From a virus (lineage: Duplodnaviria; Heunggongvirae; Uroviricota; Caudoviricetes; Herelleviridae), in IMG/VR virus record IMGVR_UViG_2706795655_000001: a stretch of 64,000 bases of DNA; one strand, written 5' to 3'. A program made the position numbers and the translations under genes. Shown here one piece after another: positions 1-10,638 of this stretch (position 1 is its first letter; every line of letters begins with the position of its first letter). The notes below the pieces were generated by a model. It was not told the DNA's origin. It did no database searches and saw only the letters and a list, made by a program, of their open reading frames with translations.

Positions 1-2260
1 TATTAATTTCATTCTTATCGAAAGAGGTACTGTACTTTCTATCGAAGATGCGATTAAGAAATACTTAAATGACCCGACGACGAAGGTTGAGATTTATGAA
101 CCTTACAAGAACGTGTTTATCTTGAATAAATCGAAACTAAACGGTGAAGACCACTTACTAGGTAAGTACTACACGACAGCCGTTATCGATGCTAGATTCA
201 CAGAGAATGTTCCTTTAGATGTTCTAAGTGAAATCGAAAAGTTCAAACCAGCAGGGGTTAAAGCAAAACTTTCTCGGCTACCAAACAGAAAGAACGAAGA
301 CGCGATTCCGATTGAAAAGAAAGTCATAAACAATCGTAACTTGCTGGTAAAAACAAAGGACTATTCTGGTAGCGATGACCCGTGGAGTTATAACCCAAAC
401 AATGTACAGTTACTCTCGAAGCGGTATATGGGAACAAAAATAACCCAGACAAATATTAACTGGGGGAGTATTCGATACAACATCCCTAGTATTATAAATA
501 GAAGTGCAGCTAAAGTAGGTGACACAGTTACTTACTCTCAATCTGTTCGGTTAACAAATAACTCGATGGTTAACGGGGACTTCGCTACAGGAGTATTAAG
601 CCCCTTCACCGCATCTTCAACAACAGGGGATAATGTTAAAATCGAGACGGACAGTGTATATGGTAATGTAGCGACACTAAGAGCTTCCGGTATGGATATG
701 AATAGATATGTAGGATTAAGACAAATACTTACAGAAGGTGGACTAACAAAACTAGTAGCAGGTCAGAAATATAGAATCCGCTTCCTCTACAGAGTTAACA
801 GCGACATAGCTATAGATGAAGGTACCGCAGTAGAACTCAAAGGTAAAGATGCGAATGGTGTAGATGTCAACCCTGTCCCTATCATGGAAATAACTGATAA
901 AAACCAAATAGGTAGATGGGTAGAGTTCACTAGAGACGTTACTATAAACACTACAATAGACACGCCTCACTTTATAGTATGGCTTCGAAGAAATGGTAGT
1001 ATATCTTTCTTTGATATAGAGTTTACTAGGCTCGATACAATTGTACCTATGCCTGTTAAGTTCTTCTCAGAGAGTAGCTCAATGGGAGGAACGGTTGTAG
1101 GTAATGCTACTGCTAATTGGCAAATGCTTAGTGTAACACTACCAATTGAGCAGAAGGGACTAGATGCTAACGCAAAACTACGATTCGAAGTAGACCAGCT
1201 AACAGGTTCTGGGAACTGGTTCCAAACAGCAGCCCAAACACTAGTAAAAGGTGACAAGCCTCTGATGTACACAGCAGCCCCAGAAGACTTAGGACATAAC
1301 ATAGCTGACTACGATAGTCAAGATAAAATCAAGCAGTTATTCGACAACAAGGACAAAACGTACTTGAGATTAGGAGATTATGATATAATAGGTTATAAGA
1401 GGGTAAACCGAGCGATACCTGTAAAACCTGTTCTTGGTACACCTGTTAAGACTTATCCTAAACTAGAATACGGCGGAGTTTCTTACTACATGGTTCCTGT
1501 CGATAAGCTTAAACTAGAAGACGTAACAATGATATATTACCAGACTACAGTTGAAGGTGGTATGTTCGAAAATAAACCATACATGCGAAGAGACATCGAT
1601 GTAGTTCCTACTTTCTCGAACGGATACCAACAACTTCATCTCCCAGCAGAGATAGTTAAGGAAGGTGTAATCCAAGCATCAGAAACCTTTAAACCATTCA
1701 CAAAAAACCGAGTACTTTATAGTAGTGCGATTAATGTATTTCCTAGATTACCTTCTGATAATGATAGACCAGCTACAGAAACCGTAAGGGGTATCAATGT
1801 GCAATCATTCTGGAATCAAGACTATTTAGGATTAACTTGCACTAGGTACAACGATTCTGCATTCCAGATAGGCTCTTACGATAACGGTTTGAATGGGTTC
1901 AAAGTAGGAGATAAAGTCACATTATCCGCAGATATTAACTGTGACGTATCAGGAGCTTATCTATCGTTCTGGTTTAACGATGGCAAGAACTGGATTGAGT
2001 ACACACGTACACCTACGAACGAGCTAAATAAGTGGGTAAGATTAGACCATGTACAAATAATTCCTGCTAATGCTGTTTCGTGTATGTGGAGAATTTACTT
2101 CCCTCGTGTAGAGGCATCCTTAAATAAGAACTTACGAATTAAGAATGTCTGTATAAACAAAGGCGACCCAATACCATACGAAGAAGGTAATGCGGTACAG
2201 AAACGTGGAGACAATTTAGATATCATAGAAGAGTTCATTCTAGATATTAAAAACAAATAA
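1..2260 (+). CDS. Large virion structural protein (tail fiber/receptor-binding-like), 5'-truncated by window edge
   Basis: The reading frame of ORF 113..2260 stays open, with no stop, back to nt 2, so the gene begins upstream of the window. Large, Gly/Asn/Thr-rich and beta-rich, which is typical of tail fibers. Sits directly 5' of a second giant structural gene. Confidence 0.4.
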   Translation, partial: INFILIERGTVLSIEDAIKKYLNDPTTKVEIYEPYKNVFILNKSKLNGEDHLLGKYYTTAVIDARFTENVPLDVLSEIEKFKPAGVKAKLSRLPNRKNEDAIPIEKKVINNRNLLVKTKDYSGSDDPWSYNPNNVQLLSKRYMGTKITQTNINWGSIRYNIPSIINRSAAKVGDTVTYSQSVRLTNNSMVNGDFATGVLSPFTASSTTGDNVKIETDSVYGNVATLRASGMDMNRYVGLRQILTEGGLTKLVAGQKYRIRFLYRVNSDIAIDEGTAVELKGKDANGVDVNPVPIMEITDKNQIGRWVEFTRDVTINTTIDTPHFIVWLRRNGSISFFDIEFTRLDTIVPMPVKFFSESSSMGGTVVGNATANWQMLSVTLPIEQKGLDANAKLRFEVDQLTGSGNWFQTAAQTLVKGDKPLMYTAAPEDLGHNIADYDSQDKIKQLFDNKDKTYLRLGDYDIIGYKRVNRAIPVKPVLGTPVKTYPKLEYGGVSYYMVPVDKLKLEDVTMIYYQTTVEGGMFENKPYMRRDIDVVPTFSNGYQQLHLPAEIVKEGVIQASETFKPFTKNRVLYSSAINVFPRLPSDNDRPATETVRGINVQSFWNQDYLGLTCTRYNDSAFQIGSYDNGLNGFKVGDKVTLSADINCDVSGAYLSFWFNDGKNWIEYTRTPTNELNKWVRLDHVQIIPANAVSCMWRIYFPRVEASLNKNLRIKNVCINKGDPIPYEEGNAVQKRGDNLDIIEEFILDIKNK

Positions 2261-2275
2261 TAGGAGTGAAAGCAA

Positions 2276-5200
2276 TTGGCAGATACATTAGACTTATCCA
2301 AAGCACCTTACTATGACCGCTTCAACCCAGATAGTGGTCGTAGTAGAATCTTGTTTAGAGCTGATAGAGCTTTACAACAAGCAGAATTAAACGAAATGCA
2401 ATCTATCTATGACTTCCATGTAAAACGTATGGGGGATAGTATCTTTGCTGATGGTGCCATTCAAAACGGGATGGCGTTTAACTTCGTATATGTAGACCCT
2501 AACGATAAAACAAAAGGGATTAAGGAACTTACTCTAGAGAAAGGTTTCATCTACTTAGGTGGTAAAATCCGCGCTTTCGAAAAGCAAACAATTCCATTTA
2601 CAGGTAAAGGTAAAGAAGTAATCGGAGTTAAGCTGGTGCAGAGTATTGTTACGTTTGAACAAGACCCGACATTACTTGACCCAACACAAGATGTAGCGAA
2701 CTACTTGTCAGAAGGTGCAGACAGACTAGAAGAAAAGGTAGTCATCACTTACAATGACCCTTCTGCTCCTAATATCTATGAGTTCAACGATGGTCTGTTA
2801 TTTAAAGACCCAGACCGACCAGAGTTCTCATTCATTAACGAAGTACTAGCACAGCGTACAGAGGAAGAATCTGGTTCTTACCAAGTAGAAGGATTTAATC
2901 TTTGGGTTGACAAAGGACTTACTAATGATGCTGTAACACTTGTAATCGATGGCGGCGTAGCTTATGTAAAAGGTTATCGTATTAGTAAACCAACATCTAC
3001 TCGTATCCAGATTCCAAAAGAAACAGCAGTAAATAGTATTTACCAAGAAACTTCTACTTACGATAATGCGAAGCAAAAGGTAACAGTGAACAGTCAGTTC
3101 GTTAAACAAGTTAAATTAGTTTTAGGTCGTACTGACAGTCCATCAGAAGCTTCTGGTGGGGTGAGTGTATCAAAAGGAACAGCAGATGGTAGAGACGCTT
3201 TACCGCCTCAATACACTAACGTTGACGCTACTACTGTTAAAGTGTACACAACAAACCCAGCTTATACATATAAACAAGGTGCGGACTACCGCATCGTTCA
3301 AGATTCCGGTGTAACTTATATCGATTGGTCTACAGGACTAAATGGTTTAGAACCTAAGACGGGTGATACATACAAAACAGTATTCGAGTACGAGAGAATT
3401 ATGAAAGAGAACACGGATTACAAAGTAGTATCAACACCAAACACAAGTGGAATAGGTAGTGTAACAGAAGTAACGTTCGCTGGTCTAGGAGGGGCAAAAC
3501 CTAAAGACAAAGGCGTTGTACGTATCGATTACGATTACTACTTATCTCGTGAAGATATTGTAACGCTAGATGCGAAAGGTAATTTCACAGTTGTTAAAGG
3601 TCAACCAAACCGAGAAGGTCTTGCAATCCCACCACAGAACGTTGACCCATTAACATTCAAGGTAGGAGAGATTCATGTATATCCATTCTCTGACAAAGCT
3701 GTAGCTAAAAATACTGCTGTTGTTCGATTAAGAATGGATGAACTACAAATCATGAAAACTCGACTAGAGAACGTTGAGTACAACCAAGCGATTCTCCAGT
3801 TAGAAAAGCAAGCTACCAAATCACAAGACCCGTTATCAATGCGTGGAGTATTCGCAGATGCTTTCATTGACTTCAATCGTATCGATAAACAGGAGACAGA
3901 TGTTTCATTCTCATTTGATGACGCTCATATCACGCTCTCTACATCGACTCCAGATAACCAGAAGGTTAAACCTAAGTTCATGGAGAATCAATCCGTAGCG
4001 AAGTCGTGGGGACGTTTAGTAACAGCTCCATTTACAGAGCATGTAGAGATTAACCAGCCGTTAGCTACTGATGCTTGGAACGTTAACCCGTACATGGTAT
4101 TCAATAAGCAAGGTGTATTAAAACTTACACCAGAAGCGGATAACTGGATTGATGAGAAGAAAGTAACTCTTTACGAAGAAGACTATGTAACTACTCAACT
4201 TAACCGTTGGTGGATGCATCAGGGCGCAGGTGACCCGGGCGGAAAAGTTAGTGACTGGAATAAATGGTTAGTAGACAATGCTAGTTTACAAGGCGGAGTA
4301 GAGTGGAACGAATCATCTATCGGATGGAGAGATAAGCAAGAAGGTACAATCTGGAGTTCAGCTCAAAATACTCGTGAAGAAGTAATCGAGTATATGCGTT
4401 CTATCGAGATTAACTTCCAAGCTACAAACTTAAAACCAATGTCTAAAGACTTGTACGTAACATTCGATGGTGTTCGTATTAGCTGTACGCCGACTGGTTC
4501 TACTACAGCAGGTGTAACAGGAACTATTAATGCGAACAGTCAAGGTATTGCGACAGGTAAGTTCATGATTCCCGCTAACGTTCGTACAGGTACTCGTGAA
4601 GTAGTATTGCAGAATGATGACAACAAAGCGATTACAACATTCACAGCGCAAGGTACAGCCAAGATTACAACTGACACGATTACACGTACTCACGTAACAT
4701 TCCAGTTATATGACCCATTAGCGCAATCATTCGCATTAACGCAACCGCGTGTCATCTCATCTGTAGGCGTATACTTCGCTTCTAAGTCAACTAAAGACAA
4801 TATAATCATGCAGGTTCGTGGATTATCTGATGGAGGTCTTCCTAACCGTACAGTATATGCAGAGCGCGTTTTAACTCCTGCGGACATTGTTACATCAGAA
4901 GATGCTACGAAGGAAACGAAGATTGCACTTGATGACCCACTTATGGTTGAAGCAGGTCAAAGCTATTGTATCGTATTTATCACAGATAGTGCAGACTACA
5001 CTATGTGGTGCGCGACATGGGGTAAAGATACAATCGGGAATAGCCCGCAAACAGTAATCACACAACCATATGTAAACGGTGTACTATTCAGTTCTTCGAA
5101 TGCTGTATCATGGACGGTTCACCAAGAAACAGATATGAAGTTCAAAATCTACACAGCAGAGTTCGCAGAGGAAGGTATTATCGAGTTCGACACAATGCGT

Positions 5201-5800
5201 AATATCGACTCTAACGGTGTCCTATTAATGGCTTCCTTCTTAACACCGGAGAACACAGGTTGTAAGTGGGAAGTTAAAATCGTAGACCAAGCAAACGTTA
5301 ACACAGTGTCTATCGATTCGGTTCCGTGGTTACCACTATCAAACTATGCAGGTATTCAAACACCATTCGTAGTTGGATTAGCTAAATTACGAGCAACGTT
5401 CAAATCTAACCGCTACATCTCACCAATGTTAGCTCTAGATGACTTACTGTTCGTTAACTTCGTAAGCGCTACTAGTGGTAAGTACACTACTAAGACAATT
5501 GACCAAACGGATGCTAAGTTCGATACTATCACAATGTCTTACAGTGAAGCGAAACCAGCAGGTACACGAGTTAAGCCACAGTACTCTTTAAACGGAGGAC
5601 AGTTATGGAAAGACTTCACAGTTACTCCATCTGTAGTAAAAGAATCGCAAGAGTTTAATAGAATCACATACACAGAGAAAGTTACTTCCGCAGCAACGAA
5701 CACATCTGTTAAGTATCGTTTGATTCTAGAGGGCGACAACCGATTCCTACGACCTCGTGTTAAAAAGTTAACAGCAGTAACGAAACAGACAGTTTACTAA
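2276..5800 (+). CDS. Very large virion structural protein (1174 aa; tail fiber/baseplate-associated candidate)
   Basis: TTG start 8 nt after AGGAGTGA. 1174 aa with a composition typical of phage adhesin or baseplate proteins. Followed by a strong terminator. Confidence 0.35.
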   Translation: MADTLDLSKAPYYDRFNPDSGRSRILFRADRALQQAELNEMQSIYDFHVKRMGDSIFADGAIQNGMAFNFVYVDPNDKTKGIKELTLEKGFIYLGGKIRAFEKQTIPFTGKGKEVIGVKLVQSIVTFEQDPTLLDPTQDVANYLSEGADRLEEKVVITYNDPSAPNIYEFNDGLLFKDPDRPEFSFINEVLAQRTEEESGSYQVEGFNLWVDKGLTNDAVTLVIDGGVAYVKGYRISKPTSTRIQIPKETAVNSIYQETSTYDNAKQKVTVNSQFVKQVKLVLGRTDSPSEASGGVSVSKGTADGRDALPPQYTNVDATTVKVYTTNPAYTYKQGADYRIVQDSGVTYIDWSTGLNGLEPKTGDTYKTVFEYERIMKENTDYKVVSTPNTSGIGSVTEVTFAGLGGAKPKDKGVVRIDYDYYLSREDIVTLDAKGNFTVVKGQPNREGLAIPPQNVDPLTFKVGEIHVYPFSDKAVAKNTAVVRLRMDELQIMKTRLENVEYNQAILQLEKQATKSQDPLSMRGVFADAFIDFNRIDKQETDVSFSFDDAHITLSTSTPDNQKVKPKFMENQSVAKSWGRLVTAPFTEHVEINQPLATDAWNVNPYMVFNKQGVLKLTPEADNWIDEKKVTLYEEDYVTTQLNRWWMHQGAGDPGGKVSDWNKWLVDNASLQGGVEWNESSIGWRDKQEGTIWSSAQNTREEVIEYMRSIEINFQATNLKPMSKDLYVTFDGVRISCTPTGSTTAGVTGTINANSQGIATGKFMIPANVRTGTREVVLQNDDNKAITTFTAQGTAKITTDTITRTHVTFQLYDPLAQSFALTQPRVISSVGVYFASKSTKDNIIMQVRGLSDGGLPNRTVYAERVLTPADIVTSEDATKETKIALDDPLMVEAGQSYCIVFITDSADYTMWCATWGKDTIGNSPQTVITQPYVNGVLFSSSNAVSWTVHQETDMKFKIYTAEFAEEGIIEFDTMRNIDSNGVLLMASFLTPENTGCKWEVKIVDQANVNTVSIDSVPWLPLSNYAGIQTPFVVGLAKLRATFKSNRYISPMLALDDLLFVNFVSATSGKYTTKTIDQTDAKFDTITMSYSEAKPAGTRVKPQYSLNGGQLWKDFTVTPSVVKESQEFNRITYTEKVTSAATNTSVKYRLILEGDNRFLRPRVKKLTAVTKQTVY

Positions 5801-5811
5801 GGAGGGATTAC

Positions 5812-6006
5812 ATGGCTACAGAAAGAAGAGATGGTTCCGGGGCGTTAATATTCGTCCCTTCCGACTCTGAACTAAGAACAGGTCGCGCTATGCAGAACAT
5901 CGAACAGAAGTCAGAAGCATTAGATAAAAGCTTAGAAGACGTAGAAAAAATGAAAGCGCAACTAGCATCTTTAATAGAGCAATATGGAGGAAAGGACATC
6001 GTATAG
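5812..6006 (+). CDS. Small coiled-coil protein, unknown function
   Basis: ATG preceded by AAGGAGGG. The C-terminal half has a heptad-like EALDKSLEDVEKMKAQLASL stretch. Confidence 0.45.
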   Translation: MATERRDGSGALIFVPSDSELRTGRAMQNIEQKSEALDKSLEDVEKMKAQLASLIEQYGGKDIV

Positions 6007-6020
6007 GTGTCCTCTTTTTC
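5993..6020 (+). terminator. Rho-independent terminator after structural module
   Basis: AGGACA-loop-TGTCCT hairpin followed by CTTTTTC. Confidence 0.6.
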
Positions 6021-6047
6021 TGTTCACTTTTCTAACTATGATATAAT
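6019..6047 (+). promoter_or_regulatory. Extended -10 promoter (TGaTATAAT) upstream of helicase gene
   Basis: TGATATAAT at 6039-6047. The -35 region is weak. Confidence 0.45.
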
Positions 6048-6089
6048 TAATATATGAGATATTTTAACAAATAGGAGGAGTTAATATAG

Positions 6090-7859
6090 ATGAAGATTAC
6101 GGTTGGGATTATGTATACGCATATTGATTTTCAAGGCGATACATTAAAAGCAGAAAAAGTAAGAGGACATATGCATCATAAACTGGGAGTTAAAGAAGAA
6201 GGAGTATTCCATTCCAGAGCCTATAAAGCTGGAGTATGGGACGGTATTACCGATTTCTACGATATGAAAGAGGACAAGTTCCCTACAGGTCTACTACAAT
6301 TATTCCTAGAGGGCGTAAGAGAGATGCAGGAGAAATACGCAAGCCTTACATATGAATTAGATGACACAAGACCGGGAGCATTATTGCATCACGATAGTAT
6401 GGATAAAGAAATCCAGTTAGTGAAGAATGGTGAAACTATTACACTACGTGATTATCAGTATGACTCTGTTAAACAGATTTTAAAAGAACAAGTAGGTATT
6501 GTCAATCTAGCAACGAACGCTGGTAAGACAATGACAGCAGCCGGAATCATTAAACAGCTATTCCCATTAGTAGCAAGAGGAGAGCGCATCGCCTTTATGG
6601 TTCACTCGAAAGAGATTTTAAGACAGGCGAAAGAAAGTATTTCCGAAGCGCTTCAACTTAAGCCACGAGAAATCGGTATGGTTGGTGATGGTAAGTTCGA
6701 CATAAAGAACAAGAAACTAGTATTCGTTATGATACCTACATTACATAGTGCATTAAAAGACCCGACTAAGGGCGTTACATATACACAAAAAGATAGATTA
6801 GTCAAGCAGATGGCGGAAGATATTGCTCCTAAGTTTTTGGACACAGTTAATACGCGAACGCTTATTAAGAATTATTTGAAAAATTGGACACCGAAAACTA
6901 AGAATGATTTAGAAATTGAGAATATTCTTACTACTCTTGCTTATGACAACGCTTACACAGATAAGAAGGTACAAATGGTATTGCGAAGTTATAAAGGTGA
7001 ATTAGAGAAAATTCTGATGAAAAAGAATAAAAAGAATTTTGAGAAATGGAAGACAGCTCACGATTTCGTAGAATCCATTCGAGTATTTATTGGTGATGAG
7101 GCTCACCGTTCGAAAGGTGAATCATGGTACTCAACAGCATTACAATGTAGTAACGCACAATATCGTATCGCATTAACAGGTACAGTAAACCAGAAAGATG
7201 TAATTCTTTACCAACGTATTCGTGCATTGTTCAGCGGTGTTGTATCTAAAGTATCGAATGATGATATGGTAAAACGAGGCGTATCTTCAAAACCAGTTAT
7301 CCGTATGATTGAAATTAAAGAGCCACGCGGTATTGAATTAGCAGATAACTATTTAGAAGCTTACAAGATGGGTATCGTTAATAATGAGTATAGAAATAGA
7401 TTCGCCGTTAAAGTCGGAGCTTCCTTCTATAAACAGAAAAAAGCCGGGGTACTTATTTCCGTTAACCACATTGACCACGGGGAACAGTTAAAAGAACTGA
7501 TTGAAGCGGAAGGTCATGAATGCGTATTCCTTAAAGGTGAGTTATCATCCGAGGAGCGCCAAGAAGTATTACGACGATTCGGTAGTGGTGAAGTTCCGTT
7601 TATGATTGGTACAACACTTATCGATGAAGGTCTGGATTTAAACAGTATCGGTTGCTTAATCCTCGCTGGTGCTGGTAAAAGTTTACGTCAAGTATTACAA
7701 CGTATTGGTCGTGGATTACGTTTAAATGGTATCGATGGTAACCAGACATTAGTACTGGACTTCATTGACCGCACCCATGAAATACTATTGAACCATAGTA
7801 AAGAACGTATGAAAATATACAAGGACGAGAACTTTGATATGAAACTACTTGGGAAATAA
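6090..7859 (+). CDS. Superfamily-2 DEAD/DEAH-box DNA helicase (UvsW/RecG-like)
   Basis: Walker A ATNAGKTMT, motif II FIGDEAHRS, motif III ALTGT and motif VI QRIGRGLR. Confidence 0.75.
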   Translation: MKITVGIMYTHIDFQGDTLKAEKVRGHMHHKLGVKEEGVFHSRAYKAGVWDGITDFYDMKEDKFPTGLLQLFLEGVREMQEKYASLTYELDDTRPGALLHHDSMDKEIQLVKNGETITLRDYQYDSVKQILKEQVGIVNLATNAGKTMTAAGIIKQLFPLVARGERIAFMVHSKEILRQAKESISEALQLKPREIGMVGDGKFDIKNKKLVFVMIPTLHSALKDPTKGVTYTQKDRLVKQMAEDIAPKFLDTVNTRTLIKNYLKNWTPKTKNDLEIENILTTLAYDNAYTDKKVQMVLRSYKGELEKILMKKNKKNFEKWKTAHDFVESIRVFIGDEAHRSKGESWYSTALQCSNAQYRIALTGTVNQKDVILYQRIRALFSGVVSKVSNDDMVKRGVSSKPVIRMIEIKEPRGIELADNYLEAYKMGIVNNEYRNRFAVKVGASFYKQKKAGVLISVNHIDHGEQLKELIEAEGHECVFLKGELSSEERQEVLRRFGSGEVPFMIGTTLIDEGLDLNSIGCLILAGAGKSLRQVLQRIGRGLRLNGIDGNQTLVLDFIDRTHEILLNHSKERMKIYKDENFDMKLLGK

Positions 7860-7881
7860 GTCCGAGGTAAATTTTAAGGGT

Positions 7882-7906
7882 TAGTCTATTGACTAGCTCT
7901 TTTTTT
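7882..7906 (+). terminator. Weak hairpin plus T7 run after helicase, overlapping next promoter
   Basis: TAGTC-TATT-GACTA stem followed by GCTCTTTTTTT. Confidence 0.35.
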
Positions 7907-7917
7907 ACTAGTATAAT
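7889..7917 (+). promoter_or_regulatory. Sigma-A-type promoter, perfect consensus TTGACT-N17-TATAAT
   Basis: -35 TTGACT at 7889-7894, 17-nt spacer, -10 TATAAT at 7912-7917. Confidence 0.75.
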
Positions 7918-7951
7918 AACCCTTGTACTAATAGTAAAGGAGTTGTAATTA

Positions 7952-8779
7952 ATGGCAAGAGAGGCAATCATTTTAATAGCAGAAGAGGAGACGTACAAGA
8001 ACCTTGTAACTTTCTCCGATATCGAAGACATGAACGAGACGGTTCGTACATATAAGGATGTAATTAAAAAAGAGGTTAAGCGAAAGGATGTACAAAAAAA
8101 TCTTCTAAGATTACTAGATTTATTGAAGCGTCATAGCTGTAAGCACTTAGGAGTTAGCTTCCTTAGTAAAAACAGTTTAGCGGACAAGCTGGAATTGAGC
8201 TATAAAACAATCCAGCGATTGATGATTCGATTAACTGATTTTGGGTTCATCAAGGAGTACGCAATGAAGCGTCGCTCGAACATGTACCAGACTTCCAACG
8301 CTGTGATTATCCAGCCCGTTAAAACGGATTCGTCCAACAAGGAAGAGCCAAAACAGGTCGAAAAAAGTCCTAGTAAAACAACTAATAAAAACCTTAAAAC
8401 AAATAATATTAATACATATAAAGAACGTACAGTTATACATAATAATACTAATACTGTTAATAACATTAAGAACGCAGAATTTGTAGCACACTGGGTACCA
8501 GCACGTTTCACTGAATTATCAAATTCATATTTTTCTAAAGCAAAAGAAGTAGAAGAGCTGTGGAAAGTAGTTCGTCAGAATAATAGACCCGTAAATGGAG
8601 AAAAACTATTTACTAAAGCGCAAGAACTAGAAATCGGGTTAACTGCTTTGAAACAATATGTGATGAAATACAAGAACGGTGTGAAAATCAAGAAGTCTAT
8701 GTTTGCTTACTTTAACGGTATTGTGGATAAGTTGATGACTAAGTTCTACTTCGATGCGGACTTTATGACAGTAAATTGA
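7952..8779 (+). CDS. Winged-HTH DNA-binding protein, replication initiator-like
   Basis: Central wHTH-like segment (LGVSFLSKNSLADKLELSYKTIQRLMIRLTDFGFI). Located immediately upstream of the helicase-loading and DnaB-like genes. Low-complexity N/T-rich linker. Confidence 0.35.
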   Translation: MAREAIILIAEEETYKNLVTFSDIEDMNETVRTYKDVIKKEVKRKDVQKNLLRLLDLLKRHSCKHLGVSFLSKNSLADKLELSYKTIQRLMIRLTDFGFIKEYAMKRRSNMYQTSNAVIIQPVKTDSSNKEEPKQVEKSPSKTTNKNLKTNNINTYKERTVIHNNTNTVNNIKNAEFVAHWVPARFTELSNSYFSKAKEVEELWKVVRQNNRPVNGEKLFTKAQELEIGLTALKQYVMKYKNGVKIKKSMFAYFNGIVDKLMTKFYFDADFMTVN

Positions 8780-8804
8780 TTAAATTCTGAAAATATGTTA
8801 TACT
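8776..8804 (+). promoter_or_regulatory. Sigma-A-type promoter TTGATT-N17-TATACT with TG extension
   Basis: Verified 17-nt spacing; TGT lies immediately before the -10. Confidence 0.55.
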
Positions 8805-8861
8805 AGAAGTATACACCCTAAGAGCGTGTTTACTAAAACTTATGCAAAGGAGAAGTGGAGT

Positions 8862-10565
8862 ATGACAACAGTATCGGAATTAACGTCGAAAGGAGTCTTT
8901 ATTGACTATTCGCTAGTTAATATCAACACCAAACTATTAGACGTTTTAACAAATTTGATTAACAAAGCTAAAAACACTGTTGATAACGTGGTTACGTTTA
9001 AAAAAACACATTTAGCTAAAGAGCTAGGTAAGGATGTAAAAACTGTATCTAGCCATCTTAAAGAATTACAAACTAGCGGAGTTTTCGAAGTTGGCGGAGA
9101 ACGCGGAAGAGGTAAAGGTTGCGTTGTGCGCTTTAACGAACTTCTTGTGAAATTCGATACTTCTGAAAAGGCGCTTATTAACTCCGACGACGTTAATACT
9201 CTCGATGCGGATATTAAAGATATCGTGAAAAAGGTATATCCTAAAAAGCCGAAGAAAGAGAAACCGAACAAGCGGAATCGTAGAACGAAACAACAAATGC
9301 TAGAGGACAAACTATTACGTAGCGAAAAGCAACAACGTGTAGATGACCTTAATGCAGAATTAGCAGAGACTATATTCCCTTCATGGGACTGGTTCCAAAA
9401 AACAGATGCTCCAGTACATAACTACAAAGCATACTTAGTGTCACGGATTTATAACCGTTACGCTTATTTATTCGCTAAGAGTACGAACTACTTTTACGAT
9501 AAATCGGAGGAGAAAGTAGGATACAAAGTACCGGAAGTATTACCGGACTTCGATGTACTCGAAAAAGAATTTATGGGGACAATTAACTGGGAGCATTTTG
9601 TCAAATTCGTAGACTTCTGTGAAGAGAATGAAATCAACCCGGCTGTATATTTAACAGCTCAATTCAACCGTTCCACTTATGCCGCAACAATTAAATCCAA
9701 TGTAAAAAGCGCTAAACCATTCCCTAATGCATTAATGAGTGAGGGAAGTTATGAAGTGTACAAGCGTGAAGAGAGTTTCCAAAAGTCTAAGCACATCATG
9801 AAACTGCAAGGTGCCGCACTTAAAAAGGACTTCGCAGATGACCCAATTATTATGTCTCTTGACGACGCTTACAAAACAGCAGACAAAGGTAATGGTATTC
9901 TTAGTCATTCCCAAGCATACCGCGAATTATTCCGTACAGCAGAAAGTGATGATACTACATTCGCTTTAGTGGACTTCTACGATTACACGATGGAGAACAT
10001 GAAGAAACAGGGTGTATCAAAACAGTCACAAACAGTTATTAAGAAGTTCATTACGACACAAGCTGTTATGAAACTATATGGTAAATCAGGATTACCAGAG
10101 AATGTTATTCTTGGCTCCGAGATGGTACGTATTGCATTAGCAAGTATCCCGCAGCCAACTATTAGCAACCACGAAGTACATATGAAATCAGCTTCATTCT
10201 TAGGAGAACTGTTATTACCTAATGCAACAAAGCAAGAACAATACAACTATGGTGGGCGTACATTCCTACGTTTAACTGATACGATTGACCACCGATTTAC
10301 TTTACGTTTAATTGAACAGCGTAAAGGCTTACATGTTTCATTGAAAGAATTACAGGATGCGTTTAAAGAATACGGACGACACAACATCCCATTAAACGAT
10401 TACTCATTCCTAGATGTAGAACAGATTGAGAAAGTATTCCAATCAGCAAATGAAGTAGCGGACTACGATTTAGAAAAGTTCACAGTAAAGAGTGAGTACA
10501 ACATGATTCAAGGTGCTTATCATAAGACTACAGAACTAGATGACATCATTGCATCAGAGCTGTAA
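8862..10565 (+). CDS. Replication initiation / helicase-loading candidate with N-terminal wHTH
   Basis: ATG at 8862 follows AAGGAG by 9 nt. The track start at 8826 lacks an RBS. Contains an HTH (THLAKELGKDVKTVSSHLKELQTSGVF). Lies directly 5' of the DnaB-like helicase. Confidence 0.35.
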   Translation: MTTVSELTSKGVFIDYSLVNINTKLLDVLTNLINKAKNTVDNVVTFKKTHLAKELGKDVKTVSSHLKELQTSGVFEVGGERGRGKGCVVRFNELLVKFDTSEKALINSDDVNTLDADIKDIVKKVYPKKPKKEKPNKRNRRTKQQMLEDKLLRSEKQQRVDDLNAELAETIFPSWDWFQKTDAPVHNYKAYLVSRIYNRYAYLFAKSTNYFYDKSEEKVGYKVPEVLPDFDVLEKEFMGTINWEHFVKFVDFCEENEINPAVYLTAQFNRSTYAATIKSNVKSAKPFPNALMSEGSYEVYKREESFQKSKHIMKLQGAALKKDFADDPIIMSLDDAYKTADKGNGILSHSQAYRELFRTAESDDTTFALVDFYDYTMENMKKQGVSKQSQTVIKKFITTQAVMKLYGKSGLPENVILGSEMVRIALASIPQPTISNHEVHMKSASFLGELLLPNATKQEQYNYGGRTFLRLTDTIDHRFTLRLIEQRKGLHVSLKELQDAFKEYGRHNIPLNDYSFLDVEQIEKVFQSANEVADYDLEKFTVKSEYNMIQGAYHKTTELDDIIASEL

Positions 10566-10570
10566 TCTTC

Positions 10571-10599
10571 TTGACTTTTAGCATAATATTTGATAGAAT
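10571..10599 (+). promoter_or_regulatory. Sigma-A-type promoter TTGACT-N17-TAGAAT (TG-extended)
   Basis: Verified spacing. TGA precedes the -10. Confidence 0.6.
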
Positions 10600-10638
10600 A
10601 GTAATATTCTAAAAAACAAGAGGGGGAATTTATGTAAT